A stretch of DNA of 64,000 nucleotides from Scyliorhinus canicula. Lineage: Eukaryota. The translations under genes were made by a program, and so were the position numbers. Every line of letters starts with the position of its first letter. The stretch's first letter is position 1. The stretch lies in the NCBI RefSeq assembly GCF_902713615.1, contig NC_052154.1, positions 35,082,322-35,146,321 on the forward strand. The letters are read 5' to 3'. The notes beneath the pieces were generated by a model. The model was given only the letters and a program-made list of their open reading frames with translations, searched no databases and was not told the origin of the DNA. This document shows, in pieces, positions 1 through 13,300 of the stretch.

Positions 1-400
1 CAAGGAATATCCATTGAAGAGAAAACTAATGATCCCGCTGCAGAGCCCCAGTCAGAGGTACAGAGGCCATACAATCAATGCCACGTGCTCAGTAGGACAA
101 ACATTAACCAGGTCTTCAGGCTTCTGTAATGTGATCCCAGTATCTGAACCAGTCCGTTGATAGATTTCCAAGCTCTTCTCGCAAGAATCTTGGTTGTTGG
201 TTGTCATGTTGGCCTGCTTAGCTCGACTGAACATGGCCCTTTGGAAAGGTGTGGACCTTGGGGATGGGGAGCCCCTGGAAAGAGACAGCTCAGCTGGGGA
301 GAATCAGAATGTAAGAAGGGAGGAGGATTCAGCGGGAGGTGTTGCTGAATGGAAAGATGCCCCGACCCAGAGTGACGAAGTACCCTAGCTTTTCCAGGAA
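1..400 (+). pseudogene. Degenerate C-terminal part of a PIF/Harbinger (HARBI1-like) DDE transposase
   Basis: Manual translation gives KEYPLKRKLMIPL then, after a frameshift, EPQSEVQRPYNQCHVLSRTNINQVFRLL...VVGC, matching the GYPL..WLMTP...YN..H..TR..IE..FGLLK block of Harbinger transposases. Multiple frameshifts and stops; continues upstream of the window. Confidence 0.6.
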
Positions 401-1539
401 TGTCCCAGAATTCAGCTTTGTATCCCATGTCCAAGCCTCCTGGGACTCTCTATCTCCTGAATTTCTCTTGGGTCTGTATCTTTTGTTCCTGTGCAAGTGA
501 AGACCCAAGCCCACAAAGTCACGAGGGAGTGATGGCTGGAACTCTCCTCTGAGAGTTGCTTGGTTTTAACAGCATGGTGCTTTGAGTTAGGGGCATATCC
601 AGCTAGTGTTCAGGGAAACTGGCAGCAGCAGTCACAATGCAGAATCTAGTACCCATCACGCCCAACTCCAACTGTCAGTAGCCACTCACCCCTTCCAGGA
701 TGAGGATCTCCCTCATAGCCTCCAGCATTAGATCCAGACCACATCGGTGAAGTGGCCCAGGCGCCGAGCCTCCAGCTTCCCTGTGACATCTCACTTCCTT
801 CTGTGCAGTGGGAGTTTTGACACAAACCGCAGATCTCTCCCTCATGAAAACCAGCAGCCTCAGTGTTGGCTGCCATGAGGAGTCTTAATCAGTCCCCCAC
901 ATCATCTGGCCTGCCTTCATTCCTGCCTGAACAGGCACTAAGTGATCAGGAAACACATCTCCATTTCAATCAAGTATCAGAACTATGTGGGGCAGACTGG
1001 ATGGAGGTCTTCTCCTGCCTCCATTTCTGTACGTTCACAACATTTTAGGTGCAATTGTTAGTTACATATTTTTGTTGCCTGAAAATAAGTATTTCCATAG
1101 CATAACGTATATTAAACCAGAATTGAAATTAAGGAAACCGCAAAACTAAATTCTGTCACTTCAGTCTGCCAATGTCAGTGTGGCCATTCGTATTACTCAC
1201 TACACGAGTTGCTGCATGGAGGAGAGATGTGTCAATGTTCAGCTTTTCCCATTTGAATTGCCATGCCTTTTAATCAATAATGGAGCAGTGTTGTTAATAA
1301 CGGAAGGGAGATCAACAGCCCCAATTTTCAGAAAAGGCCATTGTGGAGAAACAGAAGAAAAAGTAGAAAGTTTCAAAAAAAAATTTGCACAAGTCAATTA
1401 GTGAAACAAAGTTTAGCGATATGGAAGTTATTTCATGTAACACCAATTTCAATGAAAATTCATAGTGCCTTAAATGGAAACGTAATTAACAGGAATTAAC
1501 AGCCAGCTCCAATTGGAACTTGCTGTTGCCAGCACAAGA

Positions 1540-2044
1540 GGGGGTGGTTTAGCATAGAACATACAGTGCAGAAGGAGGCCATTCGGCCCATCGAGTCTGC
1601 ACCGACTTAAGCCCTCACTTCCACTCTATCCCCCAACCCAATAATCCCTCCTAACCATTTTGGTCACTGAGGGCAATTTAGCAAGGCCAATCCACCTAAC
1701 CTGCACCTAATTTGGACTGTGGGAGGAAACCCACGCAGACACGGGGAGAACGGCAGACTCTGCACAGACAGTGACAGTGGGGAATCGAACCTGGGACCCT
1801 GGCGCTGTGAAGCCACCATGCTATCCACTTGTGCTACCGTGCTGCACAGGGCTAAATAGCTGGCTTTTAAAGCAGACCAAAGTAGGCCAGCAGCGCGGGT
1901 TCAATTCCCAAACCAGCCTCCCCGAACAGGTGCCGGAATGTGGCAACTAGGGGCTTTTCACAGTAACTTCATTTGAAGCCTACTTGTGACAATAATAATA
2001 ATAAAGCGATTTTCATTTCATTTTCATTCATTTCATTTCATTTC
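1540..2044 (+). mobile_element. tRNA-derived SINE, family B ((TTTCA)n tail), interrupted by an HE1 SINE
   Basis: GGGGTGGTTTAGCA...CAGGGCTAAATAGCTGGCTTTTAAAGCAGACC, B-box GGTTCAATTCCC and TTTCA tandem tail. Homologous to the uninterrupted copy at 50784-50974. Confidence 0.85.
1553..1845 (-). mobile_element. HE1-type V-SINE
   Basis: Reverse complement reads GCAGCACGGTAGCACAAG...GGTTCGATTCCC...GTGGGTTTCCTCCCACAGTCCAAA and ends in a CR1-like tail (GGCCTCCTTCTGCACTGTATGTTCTATG). Confidence 0.9.
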
Positions 2045-3094
2045 AAGTTGCACAAACCAATCAAACCTGGGAGGTGGGGGGTGCAGTTTAACTTGAATAT
2101 GTGCACCTTGTAAATATCCAAATAGTATATTTCCACTGATCTAGAAAATTACACATTTTCAAAGTGACATTTTTCCTTATATATTCAGCTGAAGACTTTA
2201 TGATTATCCCCTTCAAAATACTCTCTTCAGCAAATATGTCATATTCCAACCAGGAATTAAATCTGTTACCTGTAGAGATTGTTTCAATTACCCCACTAAT
2301 TTCCTTTCCATCTGCGAACGGTTACATTATGCCCTCCTGTGAATCACAAGTGTGTTATAATGACGATCACTGTGCTCTTTCAAGTATAATTAAGGAGGTT
2401 TTCATTTTGAGATCATAAAGCTGCAGTAATAATTGAGGAACTGTTATCTGTAGAAGGTGATAGTCTGTCAGCAAGCTGGAATTTTCCTGCTGACTGCACA
2501 TCACTGCAGGGGACCCAGTGCCAACATGAAACAGTGCGAGGTCTGGAATCAAACTGGGGCTTGACTTCAGAGTTATTTATTTCAACTTTTTAAATTGACG
2601 TGCACCCAAAAATATTTCACTTTGATCCAAAAGTACACTTACTCATTTTAGAAGATGACAGCAAGTAGAATGGCATCACCAAATCATGCTTTGATGATTT
2701 ACAGCAGGCACAAAATCCAAGCACCTTGCAATTTTATACCTACTTAGTAGGCAACGCTTTCAGATTTACTCAGAATAATTCAAACATTAGTTGACTGCAG
2801 TGCAGCTTGCCACCCTGAAATATTACTTATCTGAATAAATCAATGGTAATCAAACATGCTGAAGTAAAAATTTAGCCCTTCTAAATCCAAATGCAGAACT
2901 CCTGAAGCACGCTAGCTATCAATGCATAATATGGAATGTTTTCAAATCTCTCACAGCCACCAGGATCAAAGCTGAGATCATTGACCTATCATGTTCCCAA
3001 ATGCTTTTAGGTCAATAATATTACCATTTTGTTCATTAGTGTCATGGACAGATTTGTGTTTTCTTATTGTCAGTGATCCTTGGATGACTTTATC

Positions 3095-3215
3095 GATAAG
3101 GAAGTCATGGGTTATGTGGGACAGGCAGGAAAGTACAGTTAGGATCACAATCAAATCAGCCATGATTTTATTGAATAATGAAGCGGGTTCAAATGGCCTA
3201 CTGTTCCTATGATCT
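3095..3215 (+). mobile_element. CR1 LINE 3' end fragment
   Basis: AATCAGCCATGATTTTATTGAATAATGAAGCGGG...AATGGCCTACTGTTCCTATG; the same tail motif occurs at 20420, 35600 and 52000. Confidence 0.6.
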
Positions 3216-4010
3216 TGTGATCTCTGGACAAGTATACTCTAAGTTGCAGAATTCTATTGCCAAACAATTAAACTGATTGACCTAAGCCTCCGATGATAGC
3301 ACTTGACTTTATGACCATTAAGTGACTACGGTCTATCTCAACAGAATACTAACTTGTGCATTATTGTACTTATGAAGTTCACCTCATCTTACTTATTGCG
3401 AGCAATATCACAGGTGAACTGATGGTATATATGAAAATATATATTGTGTGCACCTGTATCCACTGTACCTCTGATGTCACCATTCAAATGCTAATTTGTG
3501 TGTAAGGGCTTGACTGGTTCAACATTTTATTTATTGTACATTAATAAAAGTACACATAGTTATGGAATACATGTAGTAAGTTGAAGGGATATATGTAGAT
3601 AAATATCAAGTGATGACCTGCTAAAGAAATACCTTGAGTGAATCAAGCAAGAGCAATCATCAAATCAAATTCATATTTAAATCAATCAAATATTTCCAAC
3701 TTTTTTTTGAGAGATACTTTGACTAACTTTGTTTCCTCTATGAAGAAGCTGAGTAGATGGAACGGATGTCAAGATTTCTAAAACCACAACACTTCCAGGA
3801 AGATGATCTGAATTATCTCAACAAATGTACTTTGTCTTTGAAATGCCTTCAATCAATGTTTAGTGCCAAATGTAGGTAGATGCCCAAATGGGAAAAGCTG
3901 TGCTTTAAGATCACCCAGTGGTATCGGTTTTAGATAAAGGAATTCAAATTCATAAGCTTCAACTCCCGGCCCTCTGATTTTAGAAATTTATTAATAAGAG
4001 CAGGCATTCA

Positions 4011-4348
4011 CATAGAACAGTACAGCACAGGCCCTTCGGCCCTCAATGTTGTGCCGAGCCATGATCACCCTACTCAAACCCACGTATCCACCCTATACCC
4101 GTAACCCAACAACCCCCCCCCCCTTAACCTTACTTTTATTAGGACACTACGGGCAATTTAGCATGGCCAATCCACCTAACCCGCACATCTTTGGACTGTG
4201 GGAGGAAACCGGAGCACCCGGAGGAAACCCACGCACACAGGGGGAGGACGTGCAGACTCCACACAGACAGGGACCCAGCCGGGAATCGAACCTGGGACCC
4301 TGGAGCTGTGAAGCATTTATGCTAACCACCATGCTACCCTACTGCCCC
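4011..4348 (-). mobile_element. HE1-type V-SINE (full length)
   Basis: tRNA-like head, V-domain GTGGGTTTCCTCCGGGTGCTCCGGTTTCCTCCCACAGTCCAAAG and CR1-like tail. ACATAG occurs at both junctions. Confidence 0.92.
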
Positions 4349-5808
4349 ACATAGGGTTCAGGAACTTGTTCTTTGCAAGTTGCACCCCTCTGACACAAGA
4401 AGACACATTGGCACCTCTCAGTTAAACCATTGCAGAAAGTGAAAATACTTAAAACCATTTTGATCGCAATATTCTAGCCCTTGTTCACATGTTGCCAATT
4501 GCAAATTCAACTTTAAGACAATGCCACATTTCAGGACTGAGTATTCTAATTGGTAACGTAATCTGTAATAATTACTGGAACCCCCTCGGACCTATTTTTT
4601 TTACATTAAGAGTTCAAAACAAATGATTTGTTAATATTATCAAAAAAGGTATTTACTTGTGGAAGGATTATAACTGCATTAAAATTTGGAGATAATTTTG
4701 AATCACCGAATTTCAAATATTTTTTGACTTGGTTCAATTAAAATACATTTATTTTTCAGAAAAGGCAAAAATATAAATAAGTAAAGATCATACATTGTTA
4801 ATGAACACCAACAGATAGATAACAATGAGTTGTTTTCCCATATTACAAGTAAACATTTATTAATACTCAGTAAAATGGCTGAAAGGTAATTTAGAAAATA
4901 ACTTTCTGACGTACTGTAGATTGTTACAAAATATTTAGAATTTCAGAGGACAGAAGTTGGCCACTCAACCAAACAAGCTGGCGTTTGTTTTATATTTCTG
5001 ATGTTGACTTTATAATCAAAGACTCATGATTCAGTAATGCTATAATGCAATTATTTAAAAATACATGTATTAAACATGGAGCAAAGGAATTGTTGAAACA
5101 TTAAAACAAATGTCTTCAGGCTGTTCTGAAGTGAAGGCGCTAAAATGAATAAAATATTACAGGTGTCAATATTTCAGTAATGAGAACAAATCCATAATTC
5201 CTGTAAAATAACTGCTAGAGGAAGAAATAGCTGTGCGTTTATGACAACCTTCGTTAATGTAACATGATAATCTTTCTGAATTAGCCATGTCAGAAGACCT
5301 TGTCTATAGATTATGTGTTCTGTTTTGAAGCCTTTTGATTGGTCCTCAACTATCTGCACACCAGGCTAGTTAACCAAAGATACAATGTCTATCTACAGAC
5401 CAGTGCCAATGAAATTTCCTATCACAGCCAGGCATCTGGTGCTAGTAAGGGATGGGCAATTCGCAAGAAAGATAAAACCAGTGTTCTCTGTGTGGGCACT
5501 GCCCTTTGGTCAAACTTAATTTTGCTGAACCATCTTTCATTAAAAAGCTAACACAGCAGTATTTAATTACTCCAGTGACGAAGGGGGGAAAGGGAATTAC
5601 AGTACCAAACAGAATGCTGCAACTGAGCAAGTTGGGAAAGTTGTGCAAAACGGAAAGACAGTCACAGTGTGCTGCATTCAAATGGACACAAGTGCACTTT
5701 ACATATCCATATAACAAACATTTATCCATTCAATAGTCATCCATTCCATACTTAGCAACTCTTATCTCCTGCCTTTTCTCTGGCCCCTGGCAAGAATGCT
5801 GCGAGTAT

Positions 5809-5977
5809 GGGGCAGAAATCCCCCTCAGCTAGCAGCACACGTCAGTATGGGATTGGCTGCCTGTTAAACGCACTGCCTAATATTCAATTCCACTGTAGTT
5901 AAAGAATGATAAAGCATAACGGTCGCTTATCCAATCCCACCTGTTTTGTGCCATTGCCCAAGACCAAATTCTACCTC
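5809..5977. mobile_element. Old palindromic MITE-like element
   Basis: Imperfect termini GGGGCAGAAAT / AATTCTACCTC and an internal inverted repeat TGGGATTGG / CCAATCCCA. Confidence 0.4.
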
Positions 5978-6042
5978 GATCTTTATTACATGAATTACCT
6001 GATAAAAAACGCATGTATGCATTCAGATCCAACATAACCATG

Positions 6043-6277
6043 TTTTAAAAAAAATATAAATTTAGAGTATCCAATTCATTTTTTCCAATTAAGGGGCAAT
6101 TTAGCATGACCAATCCACCTACACTGCACATCTTTTGCGTTCTGGGGGCAAGACCCACGCAAACACGGGGTGAATGTGCAAACTCAACACAGACAGTGAC
6201 CCAGAGCCGGGATCAAACCTGGGACCTCGGCGCCGTGAGGCAGCAGCACTAACCACTTGCGCCACCATGCTGCCCTA
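6043..6277 (-). mobile_element. Short HE1-related SINE with A/T-rich tail and 18-bp TSD
   Basis: tRNA head GGGCAGCATGGTGGCGCAAGTGG on the minus strand, flanked by the exact repeat AGATCCAACATAACCATG at 6025-6042 and 6278-6295. Confidence 0.88.
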
Positions 6278-7477
6278 AGATCCAACATAACCATGAGTGA
6301 TGTCACTGAAGATCCACATGCATATTGGTTGTACACATTAGACCATCACCAATGGCAAGCCAAAGGTTACGTTGTTGAAAGTCCATAGACAAATTACTAA
6401 GGAAAGACTGGCAGCATGGAACTAAACTCCAATATTCTAGAATTCAGCAATGAACAATCATAGTTAAAGACAGATCTTTCTTGAAATTGCTTTAGAAAAA
6501 TGTAATAACTTTAATTATCCCATCTGGCAGATAAGATACTTCATACTACCACAATCATGTTTTCATTCCAAGCGTCAACTGACAGCTTATCAATACTCCC
6601 CCATACTCCTCCAATCTTGTTTTTATCAGAAACAACACAAGAAATTTGGTGACATCTCCAACACAGTATAAGAATATTTAATTTAAAAGTAATTCAGTAT
6701 AAACTTTCCTTAAAAAAACACTAAGTTGAAAATCAAATTTGATTGATTTGAAGCTCAAAATCAATTGAAAACTTATATATTCCATTTCAACAAGGAATAT
6801 ATATATTGTATATTGTACAGCTAGCCAGCAAATTCATAGCAACTAAACATGTGACCAATGGTTATCTCCAGCCAACGGGTTTGTTTTTCTTCGGAGTGGC
6901 CTTTAGCATTCGCTTGGTTCAAGCTATTATCATCACTCCATTAATATAAGGTTTGAAAGCATTTCTCAACCAGTTTTTGGAGCTACATTTTAATGGAATG
7001 AGTCATGATGCCAGAGCCCAAGTCAACACTAATAAATCACAGAAGGGGAAGTGCAGGCAGGCATCTTTACGTGCTCTAGTTATAGTACTTGTTTAATGAA
7101 GTTTTTTGCATAACAAAATTGCAAAAGAAAACTTCTTTAAAATTAAGCAACCCTGAAAAGGCAGCATCAATCGCCCATCTCAAGTCATCCAGTGGGCATT
7201 TAGAATCAGCCTCAGGGACTACAGTCATATGTAGACTAGACTGCATATGGGTAGCAGGTTCCCTTTTCCAACAGATATTAGTGAACTAACTTGTATAAAA
7301 TCCAACTCAACAGCTTTCTTGGCTGCTTCTGGTACTAGCACAAATTACCAGGGCATCCATCACTCTACTACTTCATGTCAGAGCCCAGTGTACTTTGTAA
7401 GGGAGAGCATTAATTGCTTTTACTCTTTCTGCCTAATTGTGAAATAAATACACTTTAATAACCAACCATACAACATT

Positions 7478-8446
7478 TGTTACAAATATGAAGTATATAT
7501 AAGATTTTAATGTTTTGGGACTTTTTTCAAAATAAAAGAGGTGAGATGAAGTGGGCCATGTGACCCCTGTATTCTGCGCATCAACAAGTTTGGGTGGCTG
7601 TGTTGTTAAAAGTTAAAGGGAGGCCTGGGTTTGAATTACTGAGGAGGTGGTGCAAGATCTTCTTGCAGGCAATGGCAAGAGCATCTGTGCTGGACTTGGG
7701 TAGATGATTCGTCTCCAAGACTCGCAAGGAGATGTTAGGAATTCCAGGTTTTATACACATTAAGGCAGTTTGCAGTCTAGTGGATAGCTAATAAGTATTT
7801 TTATCTAGGGAAAAGGCCCCTTTGATTCACAGTGCCATGGACATGGGCTTTGAGAGGGGAACATTCCACAGCAGCACCTGTAGTATTGTGTTACAAGGTT
7901 TTTCCAAGATATCTCTGAAACTCAGAGACAAGGCAGTCTGCAAGAATCTGTGCAAGAACGGTGAGAGGCAGAGGCAGCTAGTTCTGCACAAAGCAGAGAA
8001 AATGCTTTCTTCATTACTCACCATGCAGAATGTAGATGAGAACTCGCGCTCATAGATTGTGGAGAGGATTTGCCTGTATTTGACTGGGTGAGGTATCAAA
8101 AAGGTAATCCTCACCATGAAAGTCAGTTTGGAGATTAGAAATTACCTGGCTGGGACAGGGGAAAGGAAGCAGGACAGCAGGAGTGCAGACAACTTTGGGC
8201 TGGTTCTGGGAGAATTAAAGTGTCTACTTAAGTGACAGGGTAAATATAACCGTTAAAAGCTAAATGGGAAATTTGTTGTCTGTTGTTTAGAATGCAAGTT
8301 GCTTACTGAATAGTTTTAGACAATGCTGCTTTTACTTTGTTACAATAAAAGTCGGAAAACTTGAAATCTTGTGTGATTCCTCCAGTCAACCAATGAAAAT
8401 TCAAACATCTTTTTACAAATTATCTGTCTCTACAGCAATTGTAACA
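7478..8446 (+). mobile_element. Probable solo LTR
   Basis: Perfect inverted termini TGTTACAA...TTGTAACA and AATAAA near 8344. No clean TSD. Confidence 0.5.
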
Positions 8447-9945
8447 TAAGTTCACTCAATTTATGCATTATAATATGCAGTTTCGTATGACTACCTCAGA
8501 TTCAAATATACCAAAATAGCATGATAACTTCTATAACACAAATACCACCTTAATAAAATAATTTAAATATTTTTCAGCACATCATTGATCAGGCAAAAAC
8601 ATGAAATTTGATAAAGAAAGTCTCACACTTAAACCATTCATTTTAAGTTACAAACACTATGACAAAGCAGTGACTATGACTGGTACAGACAGAGATTATA
8701 ACCAAGAGATTTTTATTTAATCCTTGTAGTTTAAACCAGTGAAAAATTATACGATACACCACAAAAGATTAATTTCTCCAGTCTGACTCTTACTTAAGCC
8801 AATACTGGTGATGAAAACAACCATGAAATGAAAAGAAATTACTTCACTGATTTTCATCCCACACATACCATTCATCTGGTAATGTATAAATGAAAAACAT
8901 CTGAATAATCTAAATAATTTATCCCTCCTGCTGCATCAGAACAACCAGTACTACCACAGACTGTAGTGTTCTCTGTGATAGCAGACCTTGGGCTTCAAAA
9001 ATTAGGATTGGACAGATCTCAGAGTGGGAGACGGGCAGGGGGAGAGAGAGAGTGAAAAGATAAAATGAAAAACAGAAGGCTTTTTAATCTTTCAATAAAA
9101 TTTCTGCAAAGAATAGTAAATGGGATGGTTCATATTACTCAAACTGCCCTCAAGAGTTTATCCTGATGTGAGAGAAGTTCATTTGGAAAATAACATTTTC
9201 TCAACGGACAAATATTGGAAATAGCCTTTGCACGCATTAGTGAATGATCTGCCAATCTGCTCTAAAAGGTTTCTTCCACAATGTCCAACTATAATCAAGT
9301 GTGAATGACTATCTCGACACTTTTAAAAATGTTTGCTTGGGGAGGTCACCATCTCCAAATAGTTGCCCACCAACCAAGTCTCCTCTTTCAGTTAAGATAG
9401 TGGGATGGTTGAGTTGCATGAGTTGCAGAGAACTTGGCACTGCCTGATGAATAATGCTTCGGAGGCTTGGGACTGTTCCTACCCCTCTTTCTGTCCAGTT
9501 ACAGCTGATAAAATTAGCAAATTCCTATGAGCCTCTGATCTAAATTTGAACTCTCTGGTTTGGGGTCCTATGCTCTTCTACATCCAAGAACAATTATTTG
9601 GTGGCTGGAATTTAAAGAGCACAAAATAATCTCTGATATGCAGGATGCATTAGAACGAACATGGGAGGCAGGGGCAAACTCAAAATAAGCACTTCCAGGA
9701 TAATATATAGCAACATTTATTTTAACGCTGCCACATAAATACTATACATCAGTTGATCATAGGTGCACTATACAGAATTATATGCATGTAACAGATGCTG
9801 GCTCAGTTGTGATTTTCAATTGTGAACCTAATGGGTGGGGATCCATTTGCACAACAATTGAGGTGAACACCAAACAGCTCTGGTAAATCTCTCATTATGG
9901 GCATTGACCTAGCTTTACTTATTCAACACCTGTGTATTTAGAGAA

Positions 9946-10211
9946 TGTGGTAATACACTGTATATATATATGCGTGTGCCTCTATTAGGGGATGTACAAT
10001 AGTACCTGCTATTACAGGTTTGTCTGTAAGCCCCTGCATAGTTTGTCGGTAAGCCCCTGCCGGCTAGCTCCGCCCACAGGGAGCTGTATAAACATCCATG
10101 AGGTCTCCTGAGCTGCCATTTTACAGCTCCACTTGAGGGAATAAAATCTCACGGTAATAAAGCCTCTTTTGTACCGTTTTGTGTTTCTGTGTGGCAATTG
10201 TTAGCGCATCA
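9946..10211 (+). mobile_element. Solo LTR (266 bp) with 5-bp TSD
   Basis: TG...CA termini, TSD GAGAA on both sides, GC-box CCGCCC, TATAAA and AATAAA. Confidence 0.85.
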
Positions 10212-10441
10212 GAGAAATAAGAAATTAGGCTAATATAGAATCTTACATGGGCCAAGGGTGGCTCAAAACCTACAGATTACTATTGACATGTAATCACTAA
10301 ACATAGCAACGAATTTTGTATACTGTTAGGTTTTAATAAAATTTCACATTTACACATCCTGCATATGTAATGATCCTTCACTAAATAAATTTCAATGAAA
10401 ACTAGTCACAGTTCAAACTCTCTAATGATTCTGAGGCTTGT

Positions 10442-11891
10442 GGGCCTGAATTTTCACACACAGGTGGGATTCCATGTTCTGGAGTGGAAGTGCTCCCTGT
10501 TAGGAAAGAGTTAATGTTCCCTCGTACTTAAATTAGAATTGGGATTTTAATTCTTTAATAGACTGCACCAAATATAAAGGGAATGCAGTTGATACTGTGG
10601 TGGTGTTGGAGAACTGATTGCTGAACACAAGCCTGGAGCTGAAGAAGTCGAGACCTGCTTTTGAGTTCTCCTTACAGAGTTACCATTGGAGCTTAAAATT
10701 CCCAGTAGAGAATAAGGACTTGCCCCCTCTGGAACTCGGAGCATCATCCAGGTGCTATTGCCATGCCTCTGCCATGCAAATGTATGCATGGCGATGAGTG
10801 CACCACTTTCCTTCCCAATGTCAGGCCGTCATTTTCAATGGGCGATCTGATTCCAGCAGCAGCACCCGCCCCCTTCCCATTGCTGACCAGGGGAGCACTC
10901 CAACCCCTCAGCTACTCACCACATCAACAATGCTAAGTGCTTTGAGGTTACAAAAGAGGAAGTTAAACCATTGAGCTGCTGCGATGTGGTGAGGAACTGT
11001 CAATCATAACCAGAATGTTTGTAAACAATGGGGGGGAAGCTTCAGATACATTCAAGTGTGAGGGGAAAGATAAACAAACCAACCTTCTGGCAGCTGTGTT
11101 GAAACCATTAAGCTGCCAATCAAAATTTAGTTAATGGCACTGACTGTGAAATTAAATGATTGCTTACCATTCCAGACTTTTGAAATGCTGTGGGCTTTCT
11201 GGGAAGGCCCTGACACTTCAAAAAGCTGCAGTTTCACAGGTATAAGGCTGAGGGAAAGTGTTCCAGCATTGATTCTTCACTGAACTGCTTGGACTGCTCA
11301 TCAGCTGTCAGGCAGAGCAGTTCATGGTGAGGAGGCCACTTCGGAGTTTAGAAAGTCTGACCAGGATGTGCAGTTAAACAGAGGGGTGCCTGAGATCCCC
11401 ATGCCAAGGGTGATCTTCAGGTTGCCCAGGGTTGGAAGGGATATGGGACCCCATCCCGCGGGAGGCACCCTGGGTCAAGCCCCGCCCACTCAACCCCTCA
11501 GGACACCTCCTCCTACAGCGTGGAAGTGGCATAGGGCACATCGGACGATGCCCTTGACCCTCCTTGGGGACTGCAGCAGCCTACCTTGAAAGGGCTGTGC
11601 TTGACCATACTTACACCAAAGCTTGACCAGTGGATTTCCCACTATGGGGCCAAGCAACGTGGGGTGAGGGAGAAAGAGAGAATCGGGCTTCCAGCTTGTT
11701 AACTGCATGAAAAACAGCACTTTGCATGTTACTGCCAGTGCGGGGCGGGTAGCCCGCTTCGGGCAGCGATGCAGGGGTGGAGACTGAGGATGGATCTGCT
11801 GTCCGGCGGCAATCCTGCTTTTCAGGCGATGATCCATTCTGTGGCCCATCAGGATTCCCGAACTTAGCAGACGGGAATGGGGAATCCCGCC
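10442..11891. mobile_element. Degenerate non-autonomous PIF/Harbinger-like element
   Basis: GC-rich, with termini GGGCCTGAATTTTC and GGGGAATCCCGCCC resembling the ends of the other Harbinger-like elements here. Confidence 0.4.
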
Positions 11892-11989
11892 CTGACATTT
11901 AGGTAAGGTGTAACAGAGATGGTCAAAATTAGAACGCTTTTCGATAGATTTTCTGTTTTCACTCGTTGGCGAGTCTGTCATCAGAGGAC

Positions 11990-12228
11990 AAAGATAAGGG
12001 AGATGAGGATGCTTTTAAAAAAAAATGCAGAGAGTCATGATGATCTGGAATGCACAGCCTGAAAAAGGTGATGATAGAAACTTTCAAAAGGGAATTGGAT
12101 ATTTACTTGAAAGCAAAAAAGCAGGGCCATGCAGAAAAAGCAAGGAAGCAGGTTAAATTAAGTGGCTCTTTCAAAGAGCTTGCACAGGCACGATGGACTG
12201 ATCATCCTCCTTCTGTTCTATAAGATTC
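11990..12228 (+). mobile_element. CR1 LINE 3' end fragment
   Basis: TGGAATGCACAGCCTGAAAA...TTCAAAAGGGAATTGGAT...GGCACGATGGACTGA...CCTTCTGTTCT. Confidence 0.65.
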
Positions 12229-12989
12229 TATAATTGCTTTTGATTTGTGCTGCACTTGTTCATTGTACAATTAAGGGAGGTATTCTGTGGGAGTCGAGGA
12301 GGTGAGTAGCCATCTTTGCTCATGGTCACAATATCCAGGGGCACTGGGATTACCGCCTGTGCTTGGCAGGGGGGGGGGGGGGGGGGGGGGGGAGACCCTC
12401 CACAGAGGTGGGTCGCCATTGGAGGGTGGGGAGTAGGTGCTGGGAGGGAAACCTGGGGGGGCAACTGCTCGATCATGGCAACCCGTAGATAGTGTTTACC
12501 CATTCCGGGAGCAACCCTAGCCTCTGCCCGTCTGCCCTACCGACCACCCATAATCGCCACAGCCTGCTGAGGCCTCTGGCCATGAGGCTGAATGCTATCG
12601 CTAACAGGGAATTGGCAATCATGGGTAAGTGAGCACCTTACACATCCCAAGTGGATTGCCGTGGGTGGGCGGGCCATGTAGCATATGGGAGTCATTGCCC
12701 AGCATCCTAATCCCGTGATGCCTGGACGCTGTGCCTGAACACTGTGGGCGGCAAGAGCACACACGCAGTAGCCACCATCCGAACACCCAGCTGATGGGGC
12801 ACAGCTCCAGGGGACATGTCCATTGCCGAAGGGTGGATGGGTGCCGTGGGGAGGGGGAGATACCTGGAGAGATGGGCCAAGGGTTCAGAGGTCAGCCCAC
12901 GTTGTGGAAGAAAGTGACAGACGCATCATACCAGTTGTGCACAAGGGTGTTTAATGTGTAATACAAGTCCCCACTCTTCCGATGGTGCT

Positions 12990-13300
12990 GCCCACCCAAC
13001 CCCCCACCCCTACTTAACACCACCCACCCCATTCCCCCCCCCACCCACCCCACCCCATTCCCCCCACCCACCCCACCCCTACGTAACACCACCCACCCCA
13101 TTCCCCCCCCACCCACCCCACCCCTACTTAACACCACCCACCCCATTCCCCCCCACCCACCCCTACTTAACACCACCCACCCCATTCCCCCCACCCCTAC
13201 TTAACACCACCCACCCCATTCTCCCCCACCCACCCCACCCCTACTTAACACCACACACCCCATTCCCCCCCCCCACCCCCACCCACCCACCCACCCCTTC
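12990..13300. repeat. C-rich minisatellite, about 30-40 bp unit (CCACCCCTACTTAACACCACCCACCCCATTCCCCCCC), about 6-7 copies
   Basis: Directly visible tandem units with variable C-run lengths. Confidence 0.9.

Noticed and set aside
4046-4354. Recurrent short ORFs (MVVSINASQLQGPRF..., ...DCGRKPEHPEETH...)
   Set aside because: Chance ORFs in HE1 SINE copies.
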